This document shows, one piece after another, positions 1 to 9,394 of a stretch of 64,000 nt of DNA. The notes beneath the pieces were generated by a model. That model ran no database searches, was not told the DNA's origin, and worked only from the letters and a program-made list of their open reading frames with translations. The position numbers and the translations under genes are program-made. This DNA is from Polyangiaceae bacterium (GTDB taxonomy: Bacteria > Myxococcota_A > Polyangia > Polyangiales > Polyangiaceae), in the NCBI GenBank assembly GCA_965222375.1, contig CBDCTZ010000011.1:320001-384000 (forward strand). The letters run 5' to 3'. How positions within the stretch are numbered: the stretch's first letter is position 1; the number at the start of each line of letters is the position of its first letter.

Positions 1-543
1 GATCCGCCGGTACGCGGAAGCTGGCGGTTCCGCTATCTGATCCGATTCAAGGACCGGCTGTATGCCGCGGTGACGGACTTTGATGGTCGCGATGGCGTCG
101 ACTACGTCGTGTACGCCCCTTCGCGTGAGCAAACTGAGTTGGGAAAAGGTCGAGCGGTGCAGGTCACCCGGCCCGGGGGCGCTTCCACGGTCAGGTGGTT
201 TGCAGATGGCGGGAGGCTCTACTGGATTGTCTACGGTGGCTTGTTGGTCAGCAGCGATGGCCAGAGTTGGACCGCAGTGAAGCTTCCACAAGCCGCGGGA
301 CAACCCACGGACCTGGCACGGGTCGGCAACGCGCTGCTGGTTCTGACGGAGCACGCCCTGCTTCGACTCGAAAAAGACGGTGCGCGCGCGGTCGCTTCCA
401 TGCCAGGCAAGAAGAGCCCGTTTCGTTTCAAGGACGCTACCTGCGCCGCACCGCTCGCGGTACTGGGCGGGCATGTGTACGCCGGTGGACAGCGTAGGGG
501 CGCGCTATATCGTTTGGAGCCAGACTTAGTGAGCTCGGATTGA
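1..543 (+). CDS. Hypothetical protein, 5'-truncated by the window edge (beta-propeller-like)
   Basis: The frame of ORF 70..543 is open back to base 1 (DPPVRGSWRFRYLIRFKDRLYAAV). Contains a BNR-like SSDGQSW motif and repeated beta-strand patterns. Confidence 0.55.
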   Translation, partial: DPPVRGSWRFRYLIRFKDRLYAAVTDFDGRDGVDYVVYAPSREQTELGKGRAVQVTRPGGASTVRWFADGGRLYWIVYGGLLVSSDGQSWTAVKLPQAAGQPTDLARVGNALLVLTEHALLRLEKDGARAVASMPGKKSPFRFKDATCAAPLAVLGGHVYAGGQRRGALYRLEPDLVSSD

Positions 544-622
544 TCCCGGGTGGACGCGACTTCTCGTGTCGGAGTTGGCGCTGTCCGCCATGCAGCCTTC
601 GGCGTGCTAGTCTCTCGGAAGC

Positions 623-1714
623 TTGCTCCGGAAGACGTTGTTTCTAGTCTGCATCTGCAGCGTAGGGTGCACCTCGCTACTCGGTATCGATGGCGACTAC
701 GATGACGGGCCAACACTGCCGAGCCAAGATGCGAGCACCGGCGGCGTCAGCGCTGACGCAGGCAGCGACGCAGGCGATGCTACGGGTGGCGTGGGAGGCA
801 GCGGAGCCGGCTCTGACGGCGGTCCCGGAACCGAAGACTGCAGCAACGGACTCGATGACGACGGCGATGACGCAATCGATTGCGCCGATCCGAAGTGTCA
901 AGCACAAGGCTACACCTGCGTTGCAGCCGCCCCCAGCGGGTGGTCCGGACCCTTCGCGTATTGGGTGGGCACCCCCAGCCACGCGCCGTGTCCGTCCGCC
1001 TATCCCGCCTCCGTCTTCAAGGGGTGGTCCGATCTGACGGCGCCGGCTTCGGACTGCAGCTGCAGTTGCGTCAAAGCTGGTGACGACTGCGAAGCCCAGG
1101 TCGGCTGGTGGCCCTGGAAGTCTCCGCCGACGTGCGGGAGCACACCGACCGGCAACTGGTATTCCGGAGTCAACTGCAACGTTGCAGACGGCGGCAACTT
1201 CAAGCTGTTTGGGTTTCGCAGCACCGCCCAGTGCACGCCCAAGGTGTCCAACAAGATGACTCCACCGGCGACTTGGAAAACCGGCAAGCAGCTATGCGAG
1301 GCTTCGAACCTCGGGGCATGCGTGGCGAAGGACCAAGTCTGCGCGCCGCCCATTCCAACGCCCTTCGCCAGCAAGAATTGCGTAGCAAAGCTGGGCGCTC
1401 ACAGCTGCCCGTCTCCTTATCTCACCGCTCATCAGCTCTATCAAGACGTCGCCGATAGTCGGGACTGCACCTGCAGCTGCAATCTGGCTCACGGCAGCTG
1501 CAGCGCCGAGGTCGCATTGCCCGTCAACAGCTGCTTTCAATCGTTTCCCCTCAAACCCAAGGTGGGTGAATGCCACCTCACGGCGAGTTCTTCCGCGAAA
1601 GTCAGCATCAAGGTTCAAAAGGACTCGATCACGACCAGCGCCAGCTGCACGCCCGCCAAACAACAGACGGGCAGCGCGACACCGTCGGAGCTCGTGACCG
1701 TGTGCTGCCTGTGA
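623..1714 (+). CDS. Cys-rich myxobacterial lipoprotein
   Basis: Lipobox-like SVGC, Gly/Asp-rich linker, EDCSNGLDDDGDDAIDCADPKC motif, many Cys pairs. Confidence 0.75.
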   Translation: MLRKTLFLVCICSVGCTSLLGIDGDYDDGPTLPSQDASTGGVSADAGSDAGDATGGVGGSGAGSDGGPGTEDCSNGLDDDGDDAIDCADPKCQAQGYTCVAAAPSGWSGPFAYWVGTPSHAPCPSAYPASVFKGWSDLTAPASDCSCSCVKAGDDCEAQVGWWPWKSPPTCGSTPTGNWYSGVNCNVADGGNFKLFGFRSTAQCTPKVSNKMTPPATWKTGKQLCEASNLGACVAKDQVCAPPIPTPFASKNCVAKLGAHSCPSPYLTAHQLYQDVADSRDCTCSCNLAHGSCSAEVALPVNSCFQSFPLKPKVGECHLTASSSAKVSIKVQKDSITTSASCTPAKQQTGSATPSELVTVCCL

Positions 1715-1767
1715 GCACGGCCAACCGTCTCAACGCCAGCGCTCAACACGCCTGAGCGCTGGCGCTG

Positions 1768-1838
1768 CACCCGCTTGGCTTAGTTCGAGAGTAGTGGCCT
1801 AGTGCCGCCCCATCGCTCGACCCCAAACCAACCACTCA
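1768..1838 (+). repeat. REP-like dispersed repeat, family A copy 1
   Basis: GAGAGTAGTGGC-CTAGT-GCCGCCCC...CGACCCCAAACCAACC. Related copies at 4230, 13397, 44941 and 50377. Confidence 0.65.
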
Positions 1839-1978
1839 CACCAGGTGATTGGGGGTGTCAGTTGAGCGTTCCTTGAACATTGTCTGAGCTCTTTTTCAAC
1901 CACCTTTGCGCGGTCAAATCCGTTGCTATCGTCTCGAGAGTCAGGGTCCTTCGACCTCAAGACTTACGGGAGAAAACG

Positions 1979-2302
1979 ATGAAACGGATGGGCAATGCAT
2001 TGGCGGTGGGTGGAGCCGCTCTTCTCTTGTGTTTCAGCGCGGCGGAGCCCGCGCACTCGGCGTCGAACGGGATCAACGCGCTCATCGCCGCGACCCAGTT
2101 GAAGGTCAATCAAGCGAACGAGGAGGCGCTGGATGGCGCGAACAAGCAGCGCGCAGCCCTGAAGGCTCAGAAGAGCGCCCGAAATCGCAAGCAGATCAAG
2201 CAATTGCTCAAGCTGAACGAAAAACACGCCAAGAACTACGCGAAGATCTCTCGGCAGCTGCGAGAAGTTCAGGCCCGTCTGAAGAAGACGAACTGCAAGT
2301 AG
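1979..2302 (+). CDS. Small secreted basic coiled-coil protein
   Basis: GGGAG RBS before ATG 1979, signal peptide MKRMGNALAVGGAALLLCFSAA, helical Lys/Gln-rich mature part. Confidence 0.65.
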   Translation: MKRMGNALAVGGAALLLCFSAAEPAHSASNGINALIAATQLKVNQANEEALDGANKQRAALKAQKSARNRKQIKQLLKLNEKHAKNYAKISRQLREVQARLKKTNCK

Positions 2303-2315
2303 ACGAGCAGGAGGG

Positions 2316-4226
2316 ATGACCATGAACCACGCAGCCCACGCACGCTCCCTGTTCGAGCGCGACTATTTCACTGCTTGCATCGACGAAGCGCTGCTTGGGT
2401 TGAGCAAAGCACCGAAGGCCGAACAGACCGAGCTTCGCGTCCTGGTGGCTAAAGCTCTCGAGAAGATGCGCCAATACCCTCAGGCGCTGGGGTACTTGAA
2501 CCGCGTTCTCGAGCGCGCGCCGGACCACGCGCATGGGTTGGCCCATCGTGGCAGCGTGCTCGACCGCTTGTTGCAGCAGGAGCGGGCCAAGGCGGACCTG
2601 AGTCGGGCCGTGGAATTGGATCCTGACTACGCACACGGGTGGGAAAACCTGTTCTACGTCTCTTTCGACACCAGGGACGGTGCTGGCTGTGACCGCGCTC
2701 TCGAGAACTTGGAGCGACTGGGCAAGGAGAAGGGCTACTTGTATCGGCTGCGTGGGGCTCGGCGGTTGGAAGAAGGCGATCGTGATGGGGCAGAAGACGA
2801 TCTGCGCCGCGCCTGTGCTCACAAGATTGGTGACCCCATGGCTGCGGATGTGATGTCCCAGGCTGGCATGACGCTGCAGAGCGGGGACGAATTCGCAATG
2901 TTCGCCGTCCAGCGAGAGCGCGACGACGCGGAGGCGGCGATCGACAACTTCAACAAGGCGATCGAGTTGGGACTGACCAGCTCTCGTCGGGATATGCGCT
3001 GCGTCGAACGGTTGGCAAAGCAGCTGATACCTCAGAATCGCCGGGACGAGGCGGTGGCGGCAGCCCAAGGCCTGACGCAGCGTCACCCGGAGGTTGCTGA
3101 GTGTTGGCTGGCTCGCGCGGTCATTGACGGCGACGTTGCCTCGGTGGAAAAGGCCTACGCCCTATCCGAGGAAGAAGCCGCAGTGCCCTACGCCCGGCAC
3201 TTGCAGAGCGCGGGCCGTGCTCGAGACGCAGCTGGCGTATGCGAAAAGCGCATTGAGGAGGATGCGGACGATGCAGCGGCGCACGCGCTCATGGGCGACG
3301 TGCAGATGGCTCTGGGCGAGCGCGACGCGGCGAAAGCAGCCTGGTTGCGCGCCGAGGCGTTGGGCAACTTGGACGCGGGCAAGGCGCGATGTGCCGCCTT
3401 TGGTCCAGAGTTCGGGATGGATCACTTCAACTCGGCCCTCGAGCTCTTGGACCGTCGCCGTCACCTGAATGCCGCGGCCGAGTTCGAGACGGCGATCAAC
3501 TGCTTTCGCGAAGAGATCAAGGTGCCCGGCGATCGGGCCCATCGCTACCTGGCCAAGTCCCTATACAACTCAGGCTTCCTGCGTGAACTCAAAGTCGATG
3601 AGTCGATCATCGAACCCAATTTTCGCGAAGCCGTGGAACTCGACCCCTGGTACCCAGACGCCATGAACTCTCTGGGCACGCTGTGCTTGCGGACGGATAG
3701 GGTCAATGAGGGCCTGGAGTTGTTCGCCCGGGCAGGCGAAGCGGATCCCTCCGCTGGCCAGCCTTGGTTCTATCGTGCACGCCACTTCAATGAGCTTGGG
3801 GACCTCGACCAAGCCATCGAGAGTGCGACCAAGGCCTTCGACGCCTACTCTCGGCGTGGTCAGATACAGTTTGCAGCTGACGCCGTGATGCTGCGAGGCC
3901 AAGCCAACGAGGCACGCGGGCAGCTTCAGGCCGCCAAGACGGATTACGATCTCGCCTACGAGTGCGGGCACCCAACGGGCTTCGCCATGGGCGATCACAT
4001 TCGCCAACGAATTGCCGTCGACGACCCGACAAGCGAGGAAGCCATGGACCTGCTCGACAAGGTCATTGGCCGGCTCAAGAACGGTGAGTGCCCCTGGTCC
4101 GAGATGGACTTCTTGGAAGCCCGCGTTGACGCCTCGGAAAAGGCGAGGGGTCTCGTTGTCAAACTGGTGAAGAACGAGAGGCTGGACGACGAAGAGACCC
4201 GCTGGCTGATCGAATACCTGGAGTGA
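2316..4226 (+). CDS. Tetratricopeptide repeat protein
   Basis: Repeated TPR patterns (AVELDPDYAHGW, AVELDPWYPDAMNSLG). AGGAGG RBS. Confidence 0.85.
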   Translation: MTMNHAAHARSLFERDYFTACIDEALLGLSKAPKAEQTELRVLVAKALEKMRQYPQALGYLNRVLERAPDHAHGLAHRGSVLDRLLQQERAKADLSRAVELDPDYAHGWENLFYVSFDTRDGAGCDRALENLERLGKEKGYLYRLRGARRLEEGDRDGAEDDLRRACAHKIGDPMAADVMSQAGMTLQSGDEFAMFAVQRERDDAEAAIDNFNKAIELGLTSSRRDMRCVERLAKQLIPQNRRDEAVAAAQGLTQRHPEVAECWLARAVIDGDVASVEKAYALSEEEAAVPYARHLQSAGRARDAAGVCEKRIEEDADDAAAHALMGDVQMALGERDAAKAAWLRAEALGNLDAGKARCAAFGPEFGMDHFNSALELLDRRRHLNAAAEFETAINCFREEIKVPGDRAHRYLAKSLYNSGFLRELKVDESIIEPNFREAVELDPWYPDAMNSLGTLCLRTDRVNEGLELFARAGEADPSAGQPWFYRARHFNELGDLDQAIESATKAFDAYSRRGQIQFAADAVMLRGQANEARGQLQAAKTDYDLAYECGHPTGFAMGDHIRQRIAVDDPTSEEAMDLLDKVIGRLKNGECPWSEMDFLEARVDASEKARGLVVKLVKNERLDDEETRWLIEYLE

Positions 4227-4229
4227 TCC

Positions 4230-4290
4230 TTGGGTTTGGGGTCGGTTCCCTGAGCGGCCCAGGGCCACTACTCTCGTAATGGGCCACGGG
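4230..4290 (-). repeat. REP-like dispersed repeat, family A copy 2
   Basis: Minus strand reads CCCGTGGCCCATTACGAGAGTAGTGGCCCTGGGCCGCTC...CGACCCCAAACCCAA. Lies between convergent genes. Confidence 0.65.
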
Positions 4291-4373
4291 CTTCGGGTTT
4301 CGTCGCACGAACGCCCGCGGACGACCCGCGTGGTACTCGCAACGGCTGCGAGCTCTTCACTCCTTCTTCGAGC

Positions 4374-5609
4374 TCAACCCAGGGCGCGGAGCACCGCCGC
4401 GTCCTTGCCGGCGAGCACGGCGCCCACGGCAGCTCTGAAGTCCAAGGATGCCGACGAGCTGGCAGCACGTGCTAACCTGGCCCTGTCGCCTTCGTTTGCC
4501 CTGACCGAGAGTGCGATGGCCGCCGCCAGGCGCACGGCAGGCGGCGTGCTCGCGCTCTCCAAGGCGCGCCAAAGCTCGTCTGCGTCTACGACGCGGGAGC
4601 GGTACTCGGCTTCGTGTTTGCCCATCGAGCGAAGGCTCTCGAGCCATTCTGCCGCGGGTTGATTGCCTCGCACGAGCGCCGCGGTTGGCGTCGGAACAGC
4701 ACGGGCCTGCATGCCTTCTCGAATCGCTTTCGCCACGAAGTCTGGCTCGGCTTCGTCGCCACTGCCGGAAACCTGCCGTGCCTCGACTGTGCGCAGTCGA
4801 ACCTTGGAGCCATCCCGCAGCACGACGGTCACTCCGCGAGGTGGGTACTCCCTCGAGCGGCGTCGGTGCGGCTTCCACTCCTGCACTTGTTCGACCTGTC
4901 GATAGGCGACGAAGCGCCTGAAACCCATGCGGTTGACGGCGAAGCCATCAGCCCCGATTTCGATGCGCTTCGCGCCCAGCAGTTGGAATGCGAAGGGAAA
5001 CGACAGCCCGAAGGCGAGCAGCAGTATCCCGACGAACATTGGTACCTCGAGGGTCGCGAAAACTATCGCCACGGGCACGAAACCCGCCCCCAACACGGCG
5101 GGTATTAGCCAAGCCCACCGCGTGAGCGGGCCCGCTTTCAGCAGCACGCGCGCTGTGCGCTGGTGGGGAGCTAGCTCCAAGGCGCTGAGCAGCTGTCGCC
5201 CCTCGGCAGGCGACTTCATGCGGATACGAAGTGCGAACCTGCCGCTTGGGCGAAACAACCAAACGTAGGTTTCGTGGTCAGCCACGCTCGTGATCCCTCC
5301 CCCGAGCTCCGGCGCCGGGGCAACCAACGCCTCGCCCATATGAACGCCGGCGCTGTCGGCTCGCAGTCGGCCGCTTCGATAGGAGACCAAACGCGGGAAT
5401 CCGACGGCCGCCAGCAAGCTCAAGCCCGCGACTCCGATCAGGAAGGGATTGCGGATCAGGCTAGCTATCGCGACCAAGCCGCAAACGACGGCCAGCTTGG
5501 TGAGCCCCTGATGTCGATAGGGTAGCTCTAGGTAGCCGTCGACGGATTCGTAGGTCGCGCTCACCGACGCCCCGCTTGTCTTGGATCCCAGGACGACTTG
5601 CTCAGCCAA
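4374..5609 (-). CDS. Hypothetical membrane protein
   Basis: Two pairs of hydrophobic helices, each followed by a beta-rich segment. Helical C-terminus. Confidence 0.7.
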   Translation of the reverse strand: MAEQVVLGSKTSGASVSATYESVDGYLELPYRHQGLTKLAVVCGLVAIASLIRNPFLIGVAGLSLLAAVGFPRLVSYRSGRLRADSAGVHMGEALVAPAPELGGGITSVADHETYVWLFRPSGRFALRIRMKSPAEGRQLLSALELAPHQRTARVLLKAGPLTRWAWLIPAVLGAGFVPVAIVFATLEVPMFVGILLLAFGLSFPFAFQLLGAKRIEIGADGFAVNRMGFRRFVAYRQVEQVQEWKPHRRRSREYPPRGVTVVLRDGSKVRLRTVEARQVSGSGDEAEPDFVAKAIREGMQARAVPTPTAALVRGNQPAAEWLESLRSMGKHEAEYRSRVVDADELWRALESASTPPAVRLAAAIALSVRANEGDRARLARAASSSASLDFRAAVGAVLAGKDAAVLRALG

Positions 5610-5887
5610 GGTCCGCGCAGTGTTCCTTCGCGTTGGCGTGCAAGCAAGGGCGTGTGCAAAGCGCCGTAGGTGTCCGGACGTTGCTCAACCAACATCCGGA
5701 CCCACTCTGCAAAGCTCCGGTCATTCCGACCTGACCCAGTTCTGACGGGGCCGCCCGGCCGCCCTCATTTTCTTTCATAAACCCGGGCCGCGCGGCGCAC
5801 TCAGTACTGTTGGGCATCGATTTGCCCAGTTTTTCTTTCCATTTGGCCGTCCCTGTCCTGAGGGTGAGCCGCTCAATCGGAGGAATG

Positions 5888-7243
5888 ATGCGCTCAATCT
5901 GGTTCGCCCTATCGGCCGTTGGCCTGATGGCCCTGAGCGCGTGTTCTTCCGGGTCCGGTGGCGGTTCGGGTGCGGGTGGCTCCGCAGGTGCTGGCGCATT
6001 TGGGGGTGTGGCTGCCAGCGCCGGAAGCGGAGGCAGCGCCGGCGCGGCAGGCGGAGGCGCAGGCGGGCAGGGTGCAGGTGGGGGCATCGGAGGGTTTGCG
6101 ACGGGGGGCAGTGCCGGGCAGAGCGGTGGCAGCGGCGGAGTTGCAGGGAGCGCGGGAGCGGGCGGGAATGCGGGCGCACCTCAGACCCCGGGCTGCGATC
6201 TGTTTCAAGGCGACTGCAGCGGTGGCACCGGCTGCGCCACAAAGCTCTACACAGAGGCTGACTGTGGCGCCTGTGGCGTCAGCTGCGGCGCGTTTCAGTC
6301 CTGCATCGGTAGCGTGTGTGCCGAGTCCATCAATCCCTACTCGTACTCGTCCAGTCAGCACTTCCACGGCCGAGACGGAGTCATCTTGGTGTTCAAGGAC
6401 ACGACGAGCGTGCGAGTCGTGGCCAAGGTTGGCGCCGACGTCGGGGTGGCCACCAAGTTCGGCACCTTGGAAGGTGATGCATACACCTTCTGCTCGTCGC
6501 CGACGGTTGCCGAAGGTCCCGACGGAGCGGTGTACTTCTCCTGTACCGGCAACCGTATCTTCAAGATCCCCGCTAACGGTGGCAAGGCGGCTGACTTGCT
6601 GCAGGGGAGCGAGCCGAAGTCCAACAACGTTGAGAATCTGGCGGTCCTGGGGACCAAGTTGTTTTACGTCGGATCCGATGGGATCTATCGCGTCAACGTC
6701 GATGGAACCGGTAACGAACTATGGACGAAGAACTATTGCGTCAGTCAGCTCAGTGTCGACGAGGCGCTTTCCGAAGTCGTGTTCGCTTGCCGCTATGACC
6801 ACAAGATCCGCGTCCGTGGTGCCAACAAAGGCCCCGAGCTGAACTTCGTCTACGATCGGGAGCTGGCTGCGCAAGCCGAATCAGGCTTGTTTATCGATGC
6901 GACCCACTACTGGTACACGCGCCTCGACAAGCTAGTCGGCAGCTTTTATCAGGGCGCGCTGCTGCGGATTCCGAAGCAGGGCGGGGCCCAGGAGACGATG
7001 CTGGACATCTTTTCGCCACCGGTGCCGCGAGCTCACGTTGGCAAGGCTGGGCCCTACGCCCTGCAGATGATAAGCGAAAAGGATCATCACTTCCGTATCC
7101 TGAAGGTGGGACCCAACGGAGCGCACCAGGTCGTGCGCGACTGGGTCCGTGGCTACGGCAAGACCGGCTCCAGCATGTTCTTCGTGGGCAAGTCCAATCT
7201 GATCTTCGAGCCCTACGGGAAGATGGTGCGCTTGCCGTTGTAG
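5888..7243 (+). CDS. Gly-rich lipoprotein with Cys motif and beta-propeller-like C-terminus
   Basis: GGAGG RBS at 5879, lipobox LSAC, Gly/Ser/Ala linker, DCGACGVSC motif. Confidence 0.75.
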   Translation: MRSIWFALSAVGLMALSACSSGSGGGSGAGGSAGAGAFGGVAASAGSGGSAGAAGGGAGGQGAGGGIGGFATGGSAGQSGGSGGVAGSAGAGGNAGAPQTPGCDLFQGDCSGGTGCATKLYTEADCGACGVSCGAFQSCIGSVCAESINPYSYSSSQHFHGRDGVILVFKDTTSVRVVAKVGADVGVATKFGTLEGDAYTFCSSPTVAEGPDGAVYFSCTGNRIFKIPANGGKAADLLQGSEPKSNNVENLAVLGTKLFYVGSDGIYRVNVDGTGNELWTKNYCVSQLSVDEALSEVVFACRYDHKIRVRGANKGPELNFVYDRELAAQAESGLFIDATHYWYTRLDKLVGSFYQGALLRIPKQGGAQETMLDIFSPPVPRAHVGKAGPYALQMISEKDHHFRILKVGPNGAHQVVRDWVRGYGKTGSSMFFVGKSNLIFEPYGKMVRLPL

Positions 7244-7287
7244 CCCGAGCCGGTTGGCTGATGGCCCTCACTCGAAAAGAAGAAGAC

Positions 7288-8658
7288 ATGTTGAACCAGG
7301 AGAACAGGCGCTACTTTGCATTCATCGCCACGCTAGCTGCGTTCGGTTGCAGCTCGGGATCCGGGGGCGGCGGGACCGACGCCGGCGCCGGGGCGGCCTC
7401 GGGATCCGGTGGCGTGGGTGGTTTCGGCGCGTTCGGTGGCAGCTCCGGTTCGACGAGTACTGGCGGCACCGCAGGGGCGGCGAGCGGCGGCAGTGACGCT
7501 GGTATCGGGGCGACCGGTGGGGTCGGCGCCACTGGCGGTGCAGCGGGGTCGAGCGGCAGCGGCGGAAGCGGTGGCGCGACGGGAGGCAGTGGCGGTACCG
7601 GCGGCGGCACAGGAGGCACCGGTGGCGGTTCCGGCGGCACGCTGGGCGTCTCAGAAAACGTGGCGTTGGCTTGCGGCACAACGCAATGCCTTGCCGCGTG
7701 GCATCGCTCGGGAGCGCTGTACGGTGTCAAGATAGACTCCGCGGGCAAGCCGGCGTCTGCCGCACTCCTGCAACCGGCGCTCTCAGGCACGATCCTCACC
7801 AAGAGCGACTACGTGGCTGCGGAAGGCGGCACGCTCTACGCGCTACACGAGACCCAGAGTGGCTCGTCGCTTTTGGGGCGCCTGGTGACCGTGTCGACTA
7901 CGACCAGCGTGAAGGCGTTGCCCACCCTCAGCCTCACCAGTGGCACCATGAGCAAGACCCGCCTGGCCTGGGCCCACGGTCGGGGAATGGTGACCCGTCG
8001 CTACTTCAACAGCAGTTTCGGCTCGAGCCCGGACGTTTCTTTTCTGTCGCCGGCAGGCGCCTGGCTCGGCGGTCACCAAGACTTCCCGTACCTCACGGGC
8101 TTCAACTTCGGGCCCTTCAGTGCAGCCGTGAGCGACGGCTTCGTGATGCGCTGGGATGCCGACGACGGCGTATTCCCTCCGGATTGCGGCTGGGCGAAGT
8201 TCACGAAGACCGGCGCCAAGGCCAGCATCAACTGCCCCACGGACCCCCAGAACACCACCGTGTACACCCTTCGATCCTTCGGCGGGACGGCGTATTCACT
8301 CCGGACCCTGGCATCGCTTCTGGTTCTGCGCGGCGACAACCTCGATGGCACGCCCGGATTCAGCTTGTCCTCCATCGACAAGCAGTCGCGCTACTTGGCG
8401 GTCAACGCCACTCACGCTTGGACGTTCACCTTCGCCGGCAAGGTCGAGCGTTTCGAGCTGGCGACGAAGACCAAGACAGGAAGTTTGACTCTGCCTTCCC
8501 CGGGCTCGCCCGTCGGTGGTACGGCCGTGGCGCTGCTACCCGGTCGCGTGGTGGTCGCTCGCATTCCCTCGAGCAACACTAGCTTCTCCGCGATCATCAA
8601 CTCGTTCCCAATCACGTCCATGGACGAGAAGGATATCGTCACGGATGTGATTCCCTAG
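7288..8658 (+). CDS. Gly-rich lipoprotein, beta-rich C-terminal domain (alternative start 7261)
   Basis: Lipobox AFGC and a long GG-TGG-SGG linker. Confidence 0.7.
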   Translation: MLNQENRRYFAFIATLAAFGCSSGSGGGGTDAGAGAASGSGGVGGFGAFGGSSGSTSTGGTAGAASGGSDAGIGATGGVGATGGAAGSSGSGGSGGATGGSGGTGGGTGGTGGGSGGTLGVSENVALACGTTQCLAAWHRSGALYGVKIDSAGKPASAALLQPALSGTILTKSDYVAAEGGTLYALHETQSGSSLLGRLVTVSTTTSVKALPTLSLTSGTMSKTRLAWAHGRGMVTRRYFNSSFGSSPDVSFLSPAGAWLGGHQDFPYLTGFNFGPFSAAVSDGFVMRWDADDGVFPPDCGWAKFTKTGAKASINCPTDPQNTTVYTLRSFGGTAYSLRTLASLLVLRGDNLDGTPGFSLSSIDKQSRYLAVNATHAWTFTFAGKVERFELATKTKTGSLTLPSPGSPVGGTAVALLPGRVVVARIPSSNTSFSAIINSFPITSMDEKDIVTDVIP

Positions 8659-8715
8659 TCGGCCTGACTGTTTCGTCTGGGCGCGGAGCGTCGGCTGCGG
8701 GAGGACTCGCGCCGA

Positions 8716-9354
8716 CTAGCGCTCAGGGCGCAGGCTTTCGATGCGGAGTTTGAGAAGCGTTTTGAGCTCGCGCAGCAGGCGGTTTCGTTCACGCGTCGGG
8801 GAGTAGGAGGCGACGCGAACGGTATTCGCGGCGGTTTGCGCGGCGTAAAAGCAGAGATCCCGGAGACCTCGACGATCGACCTCGCACATCACCGCCTCGA
8901 GCCGCGCGGCGAGGTACTCGCTGATCCGTAGCGTGTCTTCGAGATCGTGCTCCCGGAGCTCTGGGTTGGCGAGGGCGGCAGCCCAGATCGTGGGAAACTC
9001 CTTCTCTTCTCGAAACACTCGAACCAGCACATCCACCATGCGGTCGATGGCTTGGGGCACGTCATCCGGGGTCTCGACCCTGTCGAGAACTCGCGCCAAG
9101 CGTGATTGAAAGAGCTCGAAGTAGCCGATCATGAGCTGTCGCAGGATGGCGGTCTTGTCGGGGAAGTACTGGTAGATGCTGCTCACCGGCACGCCGGCCT
9201 CGGCGGCGATGTCACGCATGCTGACCGCGTCGCTGCCCTGCTCGCCAATCAGGCGCCGGGCAGCTTCTTCGACTGCTCGGACCTTGGCGCGGCTGCGTTC
9301 TTGCCGTGGGACGCGGCGGTCCGGTGCGGGAGGCGGGGCGGCTTCGACGATCAT
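8716..9354 (-). CDS. TetR/AcrR family transcriptional regulator
   Basis: HTH signature SMRDIAAEAGVPVSSIYQYFPDK, preceded by PRQERSR. Divergent from 9395. Start could be further upstream. Confidence 0.92.
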   Translation of the reverse strand: MIVEAAPPPAPDRRVPRQERSRAKVRAVEEAARRLIGEQGSDAVSMRDIAAEAGVPVSSIYQYFPDKTAILRQLMIGYFELFQSRLARVLDRVETPDDVPQAIDRMVDVLVRVFREEKEFPTIWAAALANPELREHDLEDTLRISEYLAARLEAVMCEVDRRGLRDLCFYAAQTAANTVRVASYSPTRERNRLLRELKTLLKLRIESLRPER

Positions 9355-9371
9355 CTGCTTGACAGCGTAAC

Positions 9372-9386
9372 CTGAACAATGTTCAG
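9372..9386. promoter_or_regulatory. Probable TetR operator palindrome
   Basis: Perfect inverted repeat CTGAACA-A-TGTTCAG between the divergent tetR and decarboxylase genes. TTGACA at 9359-9364. Confidence 0.65.
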
Positions 9387-9394
9387 ATTTCAAC